A DNA stretch of 64,000 nt from Candidatus Latescibacterota bacterium. Lineage in GTDB: Bacteria > Latescibacterota > UBA2968 > UBA8231. The translations under genes and the position numbers were made by a program. Below, one piece after another: positions 9,174-18,568 of the stretch. The notes under the pieces were generated by a model. It made no database searches and had not been told where the DNA came from. It worked only from the letters and a program-made list of their open reading frames with translations. Positions within the stretch are counted from its first letter, which is position 1. The number at the start of each line of letters is the position of its first letter. The stretch lies in NCBI GenBank assembly GCA_965248265.1, contig CBDFJF010000001.1, positions 2,656,001 to 2,720,000 on the forward strand, read 5' to 3'.

Positions 9174-10409
9174 TCACTTGATCGCCTTGCCTCCCGTAGG
9201 TACCGCATTGGCCTTGACGGACGAGTAGGCTTGCTTCTGGAACTTGCGGGCCCACTTGTGGCTGTCGCCATAGTCCGGTAGCTCGCGGACCCTCCTGTAG
9301 CGGGACAATGCCGAATCCCGCTTGCCCAGCTCATCCTCCGTCATGCCCAGGTAGAGATTGGCCATGATCGCGTACTTGCGCACGGATTGGCGACGCAGAT
9401 CGGGACCCAGCGTCAGACTGAGGCTGTCAGAATTGGCCAGATAGACCACGGCGTCTTTCAGCTCCCTGCGCAGAAACGCGCTCTTGCCTAGGTAGAATTG
9501 CGCCTCGACCTGTGCCCGCAAGTGGTAGCCCAGCCGCCCGGCGCGAGCGTGGTCGATCACTTCCCGATACAGTGGGGCAGCGTGGTTCCAACGACCCGCC
9601 TCGGCCAGCGTGCGAGCCGAGTAGCGATGGAACAGCGCATTCTCCGGATACGCCTGGCGCAGCACGACCAGATAGCTGAGCGCTCGCTGGGGATCGTCCT
9701 CGAACAGACGGTAGATCTGCGCCAGCAGAAACTGAGCCTCCGTGCGCGCGTACTGACCGTTTGAAGCCGCTTCCTGCAGTCGCTGCAGCCCGCGCTCACG
9801 ATCCCCACGCACCAGCAGCCAGGCGATGTGGCGTATAACCGGGTATTTCCGTGGCATGACATCGGCGAAGTAGTCGTAGAGCCCCTGGCCAAACAGCACG
9901 TCCTTGTTGTCAGGGGCGAGTTGGCGGCTCCGTTTCAGCAAGGGCAGACACCGCAGTCCATCACGTGCGGCTCGCAGGAACTGATCACGGTCCCCGCGCA
10001 GGCGTCCACGGAAACCGATGGCCCCACCCTTGAAGAACACGGCGTCGAAGTCGTCCTCATCGATCTCCAGACGGGCGTCGCACACGTCGATACAATCCTG
10101 CAGACGGGTGTAGAAGACCTCATCGTGTCGATGATCATCGAGGTCGAGGAGCACCCACCACCAGCTGGTCATTGCCAGGAAAAAGTAACCCAGCGGATGG
10201 TCCGGATAGTCATCGATGACTCCGCCGAAATGCCGCTCGGCTTCCTTGAGCTGCAAGCGGTATATCATGTCGATGCCGTCCTGCACACGCTGGCTCTGGT
10301 GCTGTATCGACAGTTCAGCCGCGCTGGGATCGGGAAGGTTGGCTGCAAGAGCGGCAGCCAGTGCCCACAAAGCAGTGAGCCGTGTCGGGAGCAATGAGAT
10401 CAAAAGCAA
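9174..10409 (-). CDS. Secreted tetratricopeptide-repeat protein
   Basis: Signal-like N-terminus and TPR-like helical repeats. Confidence 0.7.
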   Translation of the reverse strand: MLLISLLPTRLTALWALAAALAANLPDPSAAELSIQHQSQRVQDGIDMIYRLQLKEAERHFGGVIDDYPDHPLGYFFLAMTSWWWVLLDLDDHRHDEVFYTRLQDCIDVCDARLEIDEDDFDAVFFKGGAIGFRGRLRGDRDQFLRAARDGLRCLPLLKRSRQLAPDNKDVLFGQGLYDYFADVMPRKYPVIRHIAWLLVRGDRERGLQRLQEAASNGQYARTEAQFLLAQIYRLFEDDPQRALSYLVVLRQAYPENALFHRYSARTLAEAGRWNHAAPLYREVIDHARAGRLGYHLRAQVEAQFYLGKSAFLRRELKDAVVYLANSDSLSLTLGPDLRRQSVRKYAIMANLYLGMTEDELGKRDSALSRYRRVRELPDYGDSHKWARKFQKQAYSSVKANAVPTGGKAIK

Positions 10410-10513
10410 AGGTTGGGAGGCATGGTGTGTTTGTGAGCCGTCTGGCCGAGCTTTATTATAGCCAATTCATCACAATTAATTCTGCATTCCCTCATCCACC
10501 GCTCACCCATCGC

Positions 10514-11914
10514 ATGGGATTCTCACCAGTGAAGGACCACGACGTCATCATCATCGGCGGCGGCTCGGCCGGCTACGCCGCGGCCCGTACGGCCAGAGAG
10601 CAGGGTGCCGACGTGGCCATCGTCGATCACGGACCGCTAGGCGGGCTCTGCATTCTTCGGGGCTGCATGCCCAGCAAGACGCTGCTGCGCTCGTCCGACG
10701 TCATGTCCTTGATGCGTCGAGCCGGTGAGTTCGGGCTGGCCGGTGAAAATCCCAGGGCCGATCTGGCCGCCATCATGGACCGCAAAGATCGTCTGATCGG
10801 AGAGTTCGCCGACTACCGCATCCAGCAATTGCGCGGATTTACCCTGTATGAAGACGACGCCTGTTTCCTGTCTCCGCATGAATTGCGCGTCGGGGACCGG
10901 ACGCTGACCGCCAGCAGCTTCGTCATCGCGACGGGGTCGGTTACCTCACAGGTGGAGATCCCCGGACTGGATGAAGCCGGCTACCTGACCAGCGACGAAT
11001 TGCTGAATCTCAGAGAGCAGCCGCGCTCCTTGCTCGTATTGGGCGGCGGCGCCGTGGCCACCGAAATGGCGCAGTTTTTCTGTCGCATTGGCACCGAGGT
11101 CACACTTATTCAGCGCTCCTCTCACCTGCTGTCCTGCGAGGACGAGGATCTGGCGTTGCCGGTGGAAGCCCGGTTTCGCGACGAGGGGATGCACTTGTAC
11201 ACGGGAACAAGCCTGCAGCGGATCTCCAGTGAGAATGGGATCAAGACCGCACACTTCACCCACGGTCGGGATCGGGAGGAAGAGAAGTCAGAGTCGGCGG
11301 AAATGATTCTACAGGCGCTCGGACGCCAACCAAACGTCGACCACCTCGGTCTTGATGCTGCTGGCGTCGAAGTCGGTAACGGCGCTACGGTCGATGTGCA
11401 GATGCGGACCAACCAACCTCATATCTTCGCCGTCGGCGACGTCAATGGGCTCTACGAGATCGTTCACATCGCCGTCGAACAGGGTGAGGTGGCAGGGTTC
11501 AACGCCGTCACCGGTGGTGGGTCGAATCGGAGTTGCGAGGAGCGACTGAAAACCCTGGTCGTGTTCACGGACCCCGCGGTGGCCACCGCAGGGTTGCGAG
11601 AAAAGGAATGCGTCTCACGCGGGATTCCCTACCTGGCGGCGTCCTACCCGTTCGACGATCACGGCAAGTCCTTGTGCCTGGGTGAGACTCACGGGCATGT
11701 GAAGCTGATGTGCGATCCCGCAACGGGAGAGCTCATTGGCTCCCACATCGTCGGACCAGAAGCAGGAGAGCTCATCCACGAACTGCTGGCAGTCATGTAC
11801 TTCAAGGGTACAGTGCACGACCTGCTGCGCATCCCCCACTACCACCCCACGCTGGCGGAGATCGTCACCTATCCGGCGGAAGAGCTTGCTGCACGACTGG
11901 GCGGCTCGACGTAG
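10514..11914 (+). CDS. Pyridine nucleotide-disulfide oxidoreductase (dihydrolipoyl dehydrogenase family)
   Basis: 'GGGSAG', redox motif 'GGLCILRGCMPSK', 'AVGDV', C-terminal 'HYHPTLAE'; start could be GTG 10529. Confidence 0.88.
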   Translation: MGFSPVKDHDVIIIGGGSAGYAAARTAREQGADVAIVDHGPLGGLCILRGCMPSKTLLRSSDVMSLMRRAGEFGLAGENPRADLAAIMDRKDRLIGEFADYRIQQLRGFTLYEDDACFLSPHELRVGDRTLTASSFVIATGSVTSQVEIPGLDEAGYLTSDELLNLREQPRSLLVLGGGAVATEMAQFFCRIGTEVTLIQRSSHLLSCEDEDLALPVEARFRDEGMHLYTGTSLQRISSENGIKTAHFTHGRDREEEKSESAEMILQALGRQPNVDHLGLDAAGVEVGNGATVDVQMRTNQPHIFAVGDVNGLYEIVHIAVEQGEVAGFNAVTGGGSNRSCEERLKTLVVFTDPAVATAGLREKECVSRGIPYLAASYPFDDHGKSLCLGETHGHVKLMCDPATGELIGSHIVGPEAGELIHELLAVMYFKGTVHDLLRIPHYHPTLAEIVTYPAEELAARLGGST

Positions 11915-11931
11915 TCGGGCGCCCAGTCGTC

Positions 11932-13245
11932 TTAGTCATAGTACTCCTGCCCCAGGTGGGTGATCAACTCCTCTCCCATCAGGAAGCGCAGCGTGTTCTT
12001 CAGTTTCATTAACTGGATGAACAGGTCGTGCTCAGGGTAGAGCTCTGGCGCTGTCTGCGGGCTTTTGAAATAAAACGAAAGCCACTCCTGAATCCCCTTG
12101 AAACCAGCACGCTTGGCAAGATCCCCGAACAGGACCAGGTCGAGGACCAGTGGCGCCGCCAGAATGCTGTCGCGGCAGAGAAAATCGACCTTGATCTGCA
12201 TCGGGTAACCGAGCCAACCAACGATGTCGATGTTATCCCATCCCTCTTTTTCGTCACCTCGAGGCGGGTAGTAATTGATTCGCACCTTGTGGTAAAAATC
12301 TGAGTAGAGATCAGGGTAGAGATGCGGCTGCAGAATATGCTCGAGGGCACCGAGCTTGCTCTCTTCCTTGGTCTTGAATGAACCCGGGTCGTCCAGCACC
12401 TCGCCATCTCGGTTTCCGAGAATATTGGTCGAAAACCACCCGGCCAGTCCTAGGCTACGGGCCTTGAGCGCTGGCGCCAAAACCGTTTTCATGAAGGTCT
12501 GCCCGGTCTTGAAATCCTTGCCGGCGATCGGCGCGCCATTGGCGTTGGCCAGTTCGACCATGACCGGAAGATCTACCGTCAGATTGGGTGCACCGTTGAG
12601 AAACGGGATGCCCTCAGTCAGGGCCGCATAGGCGTAGATCATGCTCGGCGCGATGTTGGCGTCGTTGTCTTTCAGGCCCTGCTCGAATGCTTCGATGGTC
12701 TCGTGGACAGGCTGTGGCTCTATGAAGATTTCCGTACTGCCGCACCAGATCATCACCAGGCGCTCCAGGTCATTCTCTTTCTTGAAACTGCGGATATCGT
12801 CACGCACCATCTCGACCAGATCCCACTTCGTCTCCGCTTTTTTCACCCAGCGACCTTCCAGACGCTTGACGAAGTCCCGATCGAAGACGGCTTTCCATGG
12901 TTTAATGGAACTGAGCCGGTCTTTGACCGAATCCAACATCTCCTGCTTGAGGACTCCGGCATGGGTCGCTGCCACGTACATGTCATCTTCAAACACATCC
13001 CAGCCACCGAACACCAGATCGTCCAATGATGCCAGCGGCACGAAGTCCTTGAGATGGGGTGAGCGGTTGTCCGTACGCTTGCCGAGTCTGATGGTGCCCA
13101 TCTGAGACAACGAACCGATTGGTTTGCCCAACCCGGCACGGACGGCTTCGACACCGGCAACGAAGGTGGTGGCGACGGCACCCATCCCCGGAAGCAGTAC
13201 TCCGAGCTTGCCCGTCGCTGGTTTGATTTGTTGAGGCTTATCCAT
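11932..13245 (-). CDS. ino1: myo-inositol-1-phosphate synthase
   Basis: 'GKDFKTGQT', 'STNILGNRDG', 'YYPPRGDEKEGWD', 'CRDSILAAP', 'SFYFKSP'. Confidence 0.95.
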   Translation of the reverse strand: MDKPQQIKPATGKLGVLLPGMGAVATTFVAGVEAVRAGLGKPIGSLSQMGTIRLGKRTDNRSPHLKDFVPLASLDDLVFGGWDVFEDDMYVAATHAGVLKQEMLDSVKDRLSSIKPWKAVFDRDFVKRLEGRWVKKAETKWDLVEMVRDDIRSFKKENDLERLVMIWCGSTEIFIEPQPVHETIEAFEQGLKDNDANIAPSMIYAYAALTEGIPFLNGAPNLTVDLPVMVELANANGAPIAGKDFKTGQTFMKTVLAPALKARSLGLAGWFSTNILGNRDGEVLDDPGSFKTKEESKLGALEHILQPHLYPDLYSDFYHKVRINYYPPRGDEKEGWDNIDIVGWLGYPMQIKVDFLCRDSILAAPLVLDLVLFGDLAKRAGFKGIQEWLSFYFKSPQTAPELYPEHDLFIQLMKLKNTLRFLMGEELITHLGQEYYD

Positions 13246-13363
13246 GGTCTCTTCTTTCTCTATTGGAGTTCCAGTAAGTCTGGACCAATGGCGGTTTACA
13301 CATCCTGCAACAGAAAATACTCCATACCAATCATTGCACAAATCAATTAATACTATATTATTT

Positions 13364-13378
13364 ATAGATAATATCTAT
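13364..13378. promoter_or_regulatory. LysR-type binding palindrome
   Basis: ATAGATA-A-TATCTAT, a perfect palindrome fitting T-N11-A, in the AT-rich divergent ino1/lysR spacer. Confidence 0.7.
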
Positions 13379-13399
13379 GCTCGACCTGGAGATGAAGCA

Positions 13400-14323
13400 G
13401 TGAACTTCCAGCACCTCAGGTATTTTCTGACCATCACGCGCCGGGGCGGCTTTACCCAGGCGGCGCGCGAGCTCAACGTGACCCAACCCACAGTGAGCAG
13501 CGGCATATCCGAGCTCGAGCGCACCCTCGGCGTCAAGCTCTTCAACAGGGACTCGCGCCATGTGGATCTGACTCCACAGGGACACACCCTGATGTCGTAC
13601 GCGTTGCAGATCGAGGATTTGCTGGAGGAGGCCGGCCAACGCCTCAGTGGTGACGTCTTGCCAGACGGCTTCCGCTTCGGCGCCATCGATGCTGCGGTCA
13701 TCTACCTGTTGCCGGAAATTCTGAAGACCTATCTGGACAGCTATCCGGAACTGGACCTCTCAATTCAGGTGGAACCGTCTCATTATCTCGTTGAAGAACT
13801 GCTCACCAATCGCTCCGAATTCGCCCTGATCTCGTTGCCGTTGGACAACCCCAAGATTCAGACCATACCGCTGTGCAGCGATGACATGCCGCTGGTTGTG
13901 GGAGCCAGTCATCGATTGGCGGGACGTTCCACCATCACACCCGCGGAAGCGGCGCTGGAAACCCTCATCCTCTTTCACCCGGACTCGGTGTCGCGGCATA
14001 TCGTCGACGAGCGCTTTGCCGAGGCCGGGGTGGCACCCCGAATCGTCATGGAGATGCGCAGCCCGGAGGCCATGCGCAAGCTGGTTGAGGCCGGCGTCGG
14101 CGCTTCCTTCCTGCCGCGGATGACGGTGAGGGATGCCCTGGAAGCGGGCGGCTTGTGTACTGTTCCTGTGGAAGGGATGTCCTTCGAAAGGGAAATCGGA
14201 CTGGCCTGGCGTCGCGGTCGCTACTTCGGCCCGACCATCAGTCGCCTAATCGAAGGTATATTGAGTGCCTTCGACAGTCTTGACGCGTGGACGGGGAGGG
14301 ACAAAGAATCAGCGCCGCTCTAG
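13400..14323 (+). CDS. LysR-family transcriptional regulator
   Basis: GTG start; HTH 'GFTQAARELNVTQPTVS..ISELERTLGVKLFNR'. Confidence 0.95.
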   Translation: MNFQHLRYFLTITRRGGFTQAARELNVTQPTVSSGISELERTLGVKLFNRDSRHVDLTPQGHTLMSYALQIEDLLEEAGQRLSGDVLPDGFRFGAIDAAVIYLLPEILKTYLDSYPELDLSIQVEPSHYLVEELLTNRSEFALISLPLDNPKIQTIPLCSDDMPLVVGASHRLAGRSTITPAEAALETLILFHPDSVSRHIVDERFAEAGVAPRIVMEMRSPEAMRKLVEAGVGASFLPRMTVRDALEAGGLCTVPVEGMSFEREIGLAWRRGRYFGPTISRLIEGILSAFDSLDAWTGRDKESAPL

Positions 14324-14863
14324 ACCCTCCAAGAGCAACAAGGGTGGCTTGTATTGCCTGGCAGCCTGCTGTTTTTTTGCGAAGACCTGGTACTGGGCGA
14401 CAAACTGCTCGGCGTTCACGCCCATGAAGCAGCCACCCTCCAACCCACCCGCAACTCGCTTTAACCGCTCACACCCTTTGGTGACCAGCTGAGTAAATCC
14501 GCGCTGGTTGCCGCCGTGCCATTTGAGCAGCGAGGCGGAAAACTGGATCAGGCCCTGCAGGAATGAGCCGGTTTCCGCATCCGGCTCTTCCCTGCTCCAC
14601 AGGGCCTCCCACTGTTCATGTGCTTCCCACCAGTAAGCGAAATTGTAAAGGTCGACGCCGAATAGGTAGGTCTCATTTGATTGCCAGGAATCCGCTTCCA
14701 GCGAGGCTGAAGCGCGCGGATCCTCGGCGCCGAAGCTGTGACCGTGCGGATCCGTGCGTGGGTGTGGCGTTTCCCCGAGGACATGGCGGTACTCCGGGAA
14801 TGCCAGGTGGGGCGCATAACGTCTGGCACCGGGATCGAATGGACGTGAGGCTGTCACCGTCAC
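14309..14863 (-). CDS. DUF309 domain protein
   Basis: 'GVDLYN..YWWEAHEQWEALW', 'FLQGLIQ'; GTG start at 14863. Confidence 0.85.
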   Translation of the reverse strand: MTVTASRPFDPGARRYAPHLAFPEYRHVLGETPHPRTDPHGHSFGAEDPRASASLEADSWQSNETYLFGVDLYNFAYWWEAHEQWEALWSREEPDAETGSFLQGLIQFSASLLKWHGGNQRGFTQLVTKGCERLKRVAGGLEGGCFMGVNAEQFVAQYQVFAKKQQAARQYKPPLLLLEGLERR

Positions 14864-14870
14864 AGCTGGC

Positions 14871-15875
14871 TCAGACGAGCGCGGTTGCGTCTGCCGAATC
14901 AAGCAGACGGCCAAGACGCGTGTGCAGATCAGCCGTCTCACGCAGTGAGGCCAGTTCCGCGCGCAGGGCTGAAACACCCGGCAGACCGCGAAAGTAGCCG
15001 GCAAAGTGGCGCCGCATCGTTGCCATCGCGCCGCGCTCCCCCTTGTATTGCTCAGCCAGTTGGAGATGGCGCTGGCACAACTCCACCCTTTCTGCCATAG
15101 TCGGAGGCGGAAGGTCTTCTCCTGTGTGCAGCAGGTGGCGCGCCTCGCGGAATACCCACGGATGCCGGATCGCTCCGCGACCCAGCATGACCCCATCGCA
15201 TCCGGTGGACGATAGCACTTGGCGAACATCGTCGGCCGTATTGATATCGCCGTTCGCGATCACGGGAATCGATACCGCCTCCTTGAGCTTGCCGATCCAA
15301 CTATAGTCGACCTCACCCTTATGGCCCTGGGCGCGGGTACGGCAATGGAGGCTCAGGGCTTTCACCCCGACCTCTTCCAGCATACGGGCTACTTCGACGA
15401 TGCGGATGCTGTCCGCGTCCCAACCCAGCCTCGTCTTCACGGTAACAGGCAGGTCGGTGACGCTGATGACGCGCTCCACTACCGTGCGCATGCGATCGGG
15501 TTCGCGCAGCAACCCGGCGCCGGCGCCGCGCAAGGCGACATTGCTGACCCAACAGCCGCAATTTATGTCAATCAGGTCAGGCTGCGCCGCCGTGGCGATC
15601 CGCGTCGCTTTTTCCATCGAGAGCTCGGAAGCCCCGTAAATCTGGATGCCCAGCGGCCGCTCCGGTTCGCCGAAATCGAGCTTGTCCTGGGTCTTGTGGG
15701 ACCCACGGTCGCGTTCGCGGATCAGTCCCTCGGCGTTGACGAACTCGGTGTAGACAATGTCGGCCCCCTGTTCCTTGCAGATCATGCGGAAGGGCCGATC
15801 CGTCACGTCCTCCATCGGCGCCAGCAGCAGGGCGGCTTCATCGATTCGAACATCGCCTATCGTCAGTGGGGCCAT
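14871..15875 (-). CDS. dusB: tRNA-dihydrouridine synthase B
   Basis: 'LAPMEDVTD', 'DINCGC', 'GAGAGLL', 'TVKTRLGW', 'IANGD', 'GVMLGRG'. Confidence 0.92.
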   Translation of the reverse strand: MAPLTIGDVRIDEAALLLAPMEDVTDRPFRMICKEQGADIVYTEFVNAEGLIRERDRGSHKTQDKLDFGEPERPLGIQIYGASELSMEKATRIATAAQPDLIDINCGCWVSNVALRGAGAGLLREPDRMRTVVERVISVTDLPVTVKTRLGWDADSIRIVEVARMLEEVGVKALSLHCRTRAQGHKGEVDYSWIGKLKEAVSIPVIANGDINTADDVRQVLSSTGCDGVMLGRGAIRHPWVFREARHLLHTGEDLPPPTMAERVELCQRHLQLAEQYKGERGAMATMRRHFAGYFRGLPGVSALRAELASLRETADLHTRLGRLLDSADATALV

Positions 15876-15890
15876 GATGTTATCTCGTTG

Positions 15891-16184
15891 CTATCTCGAA
15901 CGCTTCAGCAGCCTCACTTCGCGGCGTCTGATCAAGGGGCGAATGCGACCGACCAGCGCTAGCCACTCCGGGCTGCTGTAGTAGGCTTCGATTGCCTTAT
16001 CCCGTGCGCTGATTGACGAGAACGACCTCATCCAGACGAATTCGTCCTTGCGGTCCAGGTTGATCCAGGCATCCTCAAACGTGACGCCGTACTTCTTCAT
16101 GAAGCGCTTCGCTTTCTTGAACTGTGGCAGAAAGACCTTCATCTTGCCAGGGTGTAACCGGTAGATCCTGAGTTCCTGTATCAT
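15891..16184 (-). CDS. NIPSNAP family protein
   Basis: 'IQELRIYRL.PGK', 'FVWMRSF', 'YYSSPEW'. Confidence 0.8.
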   Translation of the reverse strand: MIQELRIYRLHPGKMKVFLPQFKKAKRFMKKYGVTFEDAWINLDRKDEFVWMRSFSSISARDKAIEAYYSSPEWLALVGRIRPLIRRREVRLLKRSR

Positions 16185-16783
16185 ACCCGCCTCTCCTTCT
16201 GACAGTCATAGACCGTCGCTTCAGTAGCAACCCAGTCCATGGCGACATCGTGATCAGTGTTTGGAATACTGTCCGACAACAACTGCTCGCAGACGAGTCC
16301 GATCTTGGGCGCGGCGATTTCAGCCAGAAAGCGATCATAGTAGCCCCCTCCCATTCCCAATCGATCCCCACTTTTAGAAAAAGCCAGGCCCGGTACGATA
16401 ATGAGGTCGAGGCTGGAGAAATCGTCAAATTCAGCTAGTTCTGCGGGGGGTTGCCGCAAGCCGATTGGACCCGTGGCCAGATCTTCAAGCGAGGTAAGTT
16501 GGGCGTGCAAGAGCCGACGTTTGCGATCTGGTGGTACGACCGGCACAACCACGTTCTTACCCTGGTCCAGGGCGAGCCGGATCAACTCGAGTGTCTGTAC
16601 TTCGCCGGCCATCGAATCGACGTAACAATGCAGCGTGCGGCTGCAGGACCAGGCACCGAGCGCGACGACGCGGGAGGCGATGGCAGTGCTGACCGTGGCC
16701 AGGATGTCCGCGCTCATACCTTTACGGCGTTGCAGGCATTGGCGGCGCGCCTGCGCCTTCGCTTCTGCGACGCAGCGTGTCAT
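16181..16783 (-). CDS. 5-formyltetrahydrofolate cyclo-ligase
   Basis: 'IIVPGLAF..SGDRLGMGGGYYDRFL', 'HDVAMD'; ATG 16783 chosen from promoter position. Confidence 0.9.
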   Translation of the reverse strand: MTRCVAEAKAQARRQCLQRRKGMSADILATVSTAIASRVVALGAWSCSRTLHCYVDSMAGEVQTLELIRLALDQGKNVVVPVVPPDRKRRLLHAQLTSLEDLATGPIGLRQPPAELAEFDDFSSLDLIIVPGLAFSKSGDRLGMGGGYYDRFLAEIAAPKIGLVCEQLLSDSIPNTDHDVAMDWVATEATVYDCQKERRV

Positions 16784-16790
16784 GGTCCGC

Positions 16791-16820
16791 ATTATAACCG
16801 GGCTCGCCTCGAGGCGTCAA
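16791..16820 (-). promoter_or_regulatory. Sigma70 promoter (minus strand)
   Basis: TTGACG-N18-TATAAT on the reverse strand. Confidence 0.7.
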
Positions 16821-16864
16821 GAAATCCATGCCCAGACGGAGTGCGCACGTAGAGGGTCTATTTC

Positions 16865-16893
16865 TTGACGAAGAGTGGCCCAGCAGGTAGATT
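16865..16893 (+). promoter_or_regulatory. Sigma70 promoter for uppS operon
   Basis: TTGACG-N17-TAGATT. Confidence 0.6.
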
Positions 16894-16952
16894 GCCGTAA
16901 TCACGCCGTATCACAGTATTGACCCTCCTTCAGGCACCGACCCTCCATTCAA

Positions 16953-17720
16953 GTGACCACGTCCGCGGATCCAAAACACGACGCCGAAGACGTCCGCGTT
17001 CAAAGTAAACTCCGCGAGCACGGCAACCTTCCCAGCCACATCGCCATCATCATGGATGGCGACCGGCGTTGGGCGAAGGACAACGACATGCCGGTCACGG
17101 AAGGTCACCGACACGGCCGCGAGACCGCGCGCGAGGTCATTCGGGCCTGCTCTCAGCTGGGTATCGAAGCCCTGACCCTGTACACTTTTTCGACTGAAAA
17201 CTGGAGCAGACCAGAAAAGGAAGTCTCGACTCTGATGCGCTGGCTCAGAGAGTCATTGCGCGATGAGACCCCTGAGCTCAACAGCAACAACGTTCGTCTC
17301 AATGCCATCGGACGGATCTCTGGACTGCCGCGAGCCGTTCAGTTGGCCCTGCGCGCCGCCCTGGCTGCTACCTCGTCCAACACCGGCATGCTGCTCAATA
17401 TCGCCGTGAACTACGGGGGCCGCAGTGAGATCGTCGATGGCATCAAGAAACTGATCGAGCAGGTTCAGGGTGGCTCATTGCAGCCCGACGACATCGATGA
17501 GGACACGGTCAGCGAGTCCCTGTACACCGCCGGGGTTCCGGATCCGGACCTGCTGATTCGCTGTAGCGGTGAGATGCGCCTGAGTAATTTCTTGCCCTGG
17601 CAGACCGTCTACACGGAGATCTGGCTGACCGAGATTTACTGGCCCGATTTTCGCCGTCACCATTTATATGACGCCGTGCGGGCCTACCAACAGCGACACC
17701 GCCGCTTCGGGGGGACTTGA
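16953..17720 (+). CDS. uppS: Undecaprenyl diphosphate synthase (isoprenyl transferase)
   Basis: 'HIAIIMDG.RRWA', 'FSTENW.RP', 'NYGGR', 'PDPDLLIR.SGE.RLSNFL.WQ'. Confidence 0.96.
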   Translation: MTTSADPKHDAEDVRVQSKLREHGNLPSHIAIIMDGDRRWAKDNDMPVTEGHRHGRETAREVIRACSQLGIEALTLYTFSTENWSRPEKEVSTLMRWLRESLRDETPELNSNNVRLNAIGRISGLPRAVQLALRAALAATSSNTGMLLNIAVNYGGRSEIVDGIKKLIEQVQGGSLQPDDIDEDTVSESLYTAGVPDPDLLIRCSGEMRLSNFLPWQTVYTEIWLTEIYWPDFRRHHLYDAVRAYQQRHRRFGGT

Positions 17721-17727
17721 TCCCTCC

Positions 17728-18555
17728 ATGAGTGAGGGGGGAAACTCTGATCTGGGACGACGGACACTGGCTGCTTGCGTCTTCGTCCCTGTCGTTCTGC
17801 TGCTAGCCTGGTTGGAGAGTTGGGCATTACTGGCACTCGTCGTCATCATCGTCGGCCGAGCCAGCTGGGAGTTCTTCCACCTGGCCGTTGCTGCCGGACA
17901 TCAGCCCGCGCGGACAATCGGCATCATCGTCTGCGTGGGCTGGTGCCTGTACGTGTCCATCGTTGGCGCCGGCGACCTGCTCCTCATCCTGTTGGGCCTG
18001 GCCCTGATCAGCCTGCTGGCCGCGCTGCGCTCGGGCATTGAGGGATACACTACCAATGCCTCGTTAACGCTCTTTGGTGTCATCTACGTCGGCCTGTTGG
18101 GGAGCGCCCCCCTGTGGATCGCGCGCGACTTCAATGACAATGACACCGCCGGTACGCTCATCTGCATCATCTTCGTGTGTGTGTGGCTGACGGACTCGGC
18201 GGCCTATCTCGGCGGCCGCAAATGGGGGGTGAGCAAACTGTTTCCGTCGGTCTCACCGGCCAAGACGCGTGTCGGTTTCATCACTGGACTTATCGGCGGG
18301 TTGGTACCGTTGGCCCTGCAGCCCCTGGTGCCGCAGATGAGTATGATGGAACTCGCCGGACTTTTACTCGTCGTCTCTTTTGGCGGTCAGATTGGAGACC
18401 TCGTTGAATCAGCGGTGAAGAGAGATTTCGGAGTCAAGGATGCGCCTGGCATCATTCCCGGTCACGGCGGATTTCTGGACCGCTTCGACTCTTACCTTTT
18501 CGCCTTCCCGCTGACTTACTTCTACCTTTGGATGTTGCCAACAACTGCACCGTAA
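17728..18555 (+). CDS. cdsA: Phosphatidate cytidylyltransferase
   Basis: 'DSAAYLGG', 'VSPAKT', 'GDLVESAVKR..GVKD', 'PGHGGFLDRFDS'. Confidence 0.95.
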   Translation: MSEGGNSDLGRRTLAACVFVPVVLLLAWLESWALLALVVIIVGRASWEFFHLAVAAGHQPARTIGIIVCVGWCLYVSIVGAGDLLLILLGLALISLLAALRSGIEGYTTNASLTLFGVIYVGLLGSAPLWIARDFNDNDTAGTLICIIFVCVWLTDSAAYLGGRKWGVSKLFPSVSPAKTRVGFITGLIGGLVPLALQPLVPQMSMMELAGLLLVVSFGGQIGDLVESAVKRDFGVKDAPGIIPGHGGFLDRFDSYLFAFPLTYFYLWMLPTTAP

Positions 18556-18568
18556 TGGATAGGCCCTA

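Noticed and set aside
10514-11914. Mercuric reductase MerA
   Set aside because: No C-terminal Cys-Cys pair, no HMA domain, no mer genes; HxHPT is E3-like
16793-16952. 6S RNA upstream of 5-FTHF cyclo-ligase
   Set aside because: The promoter abuts the ATG, and the 160-bp spacer is occupied by two divergent promoters
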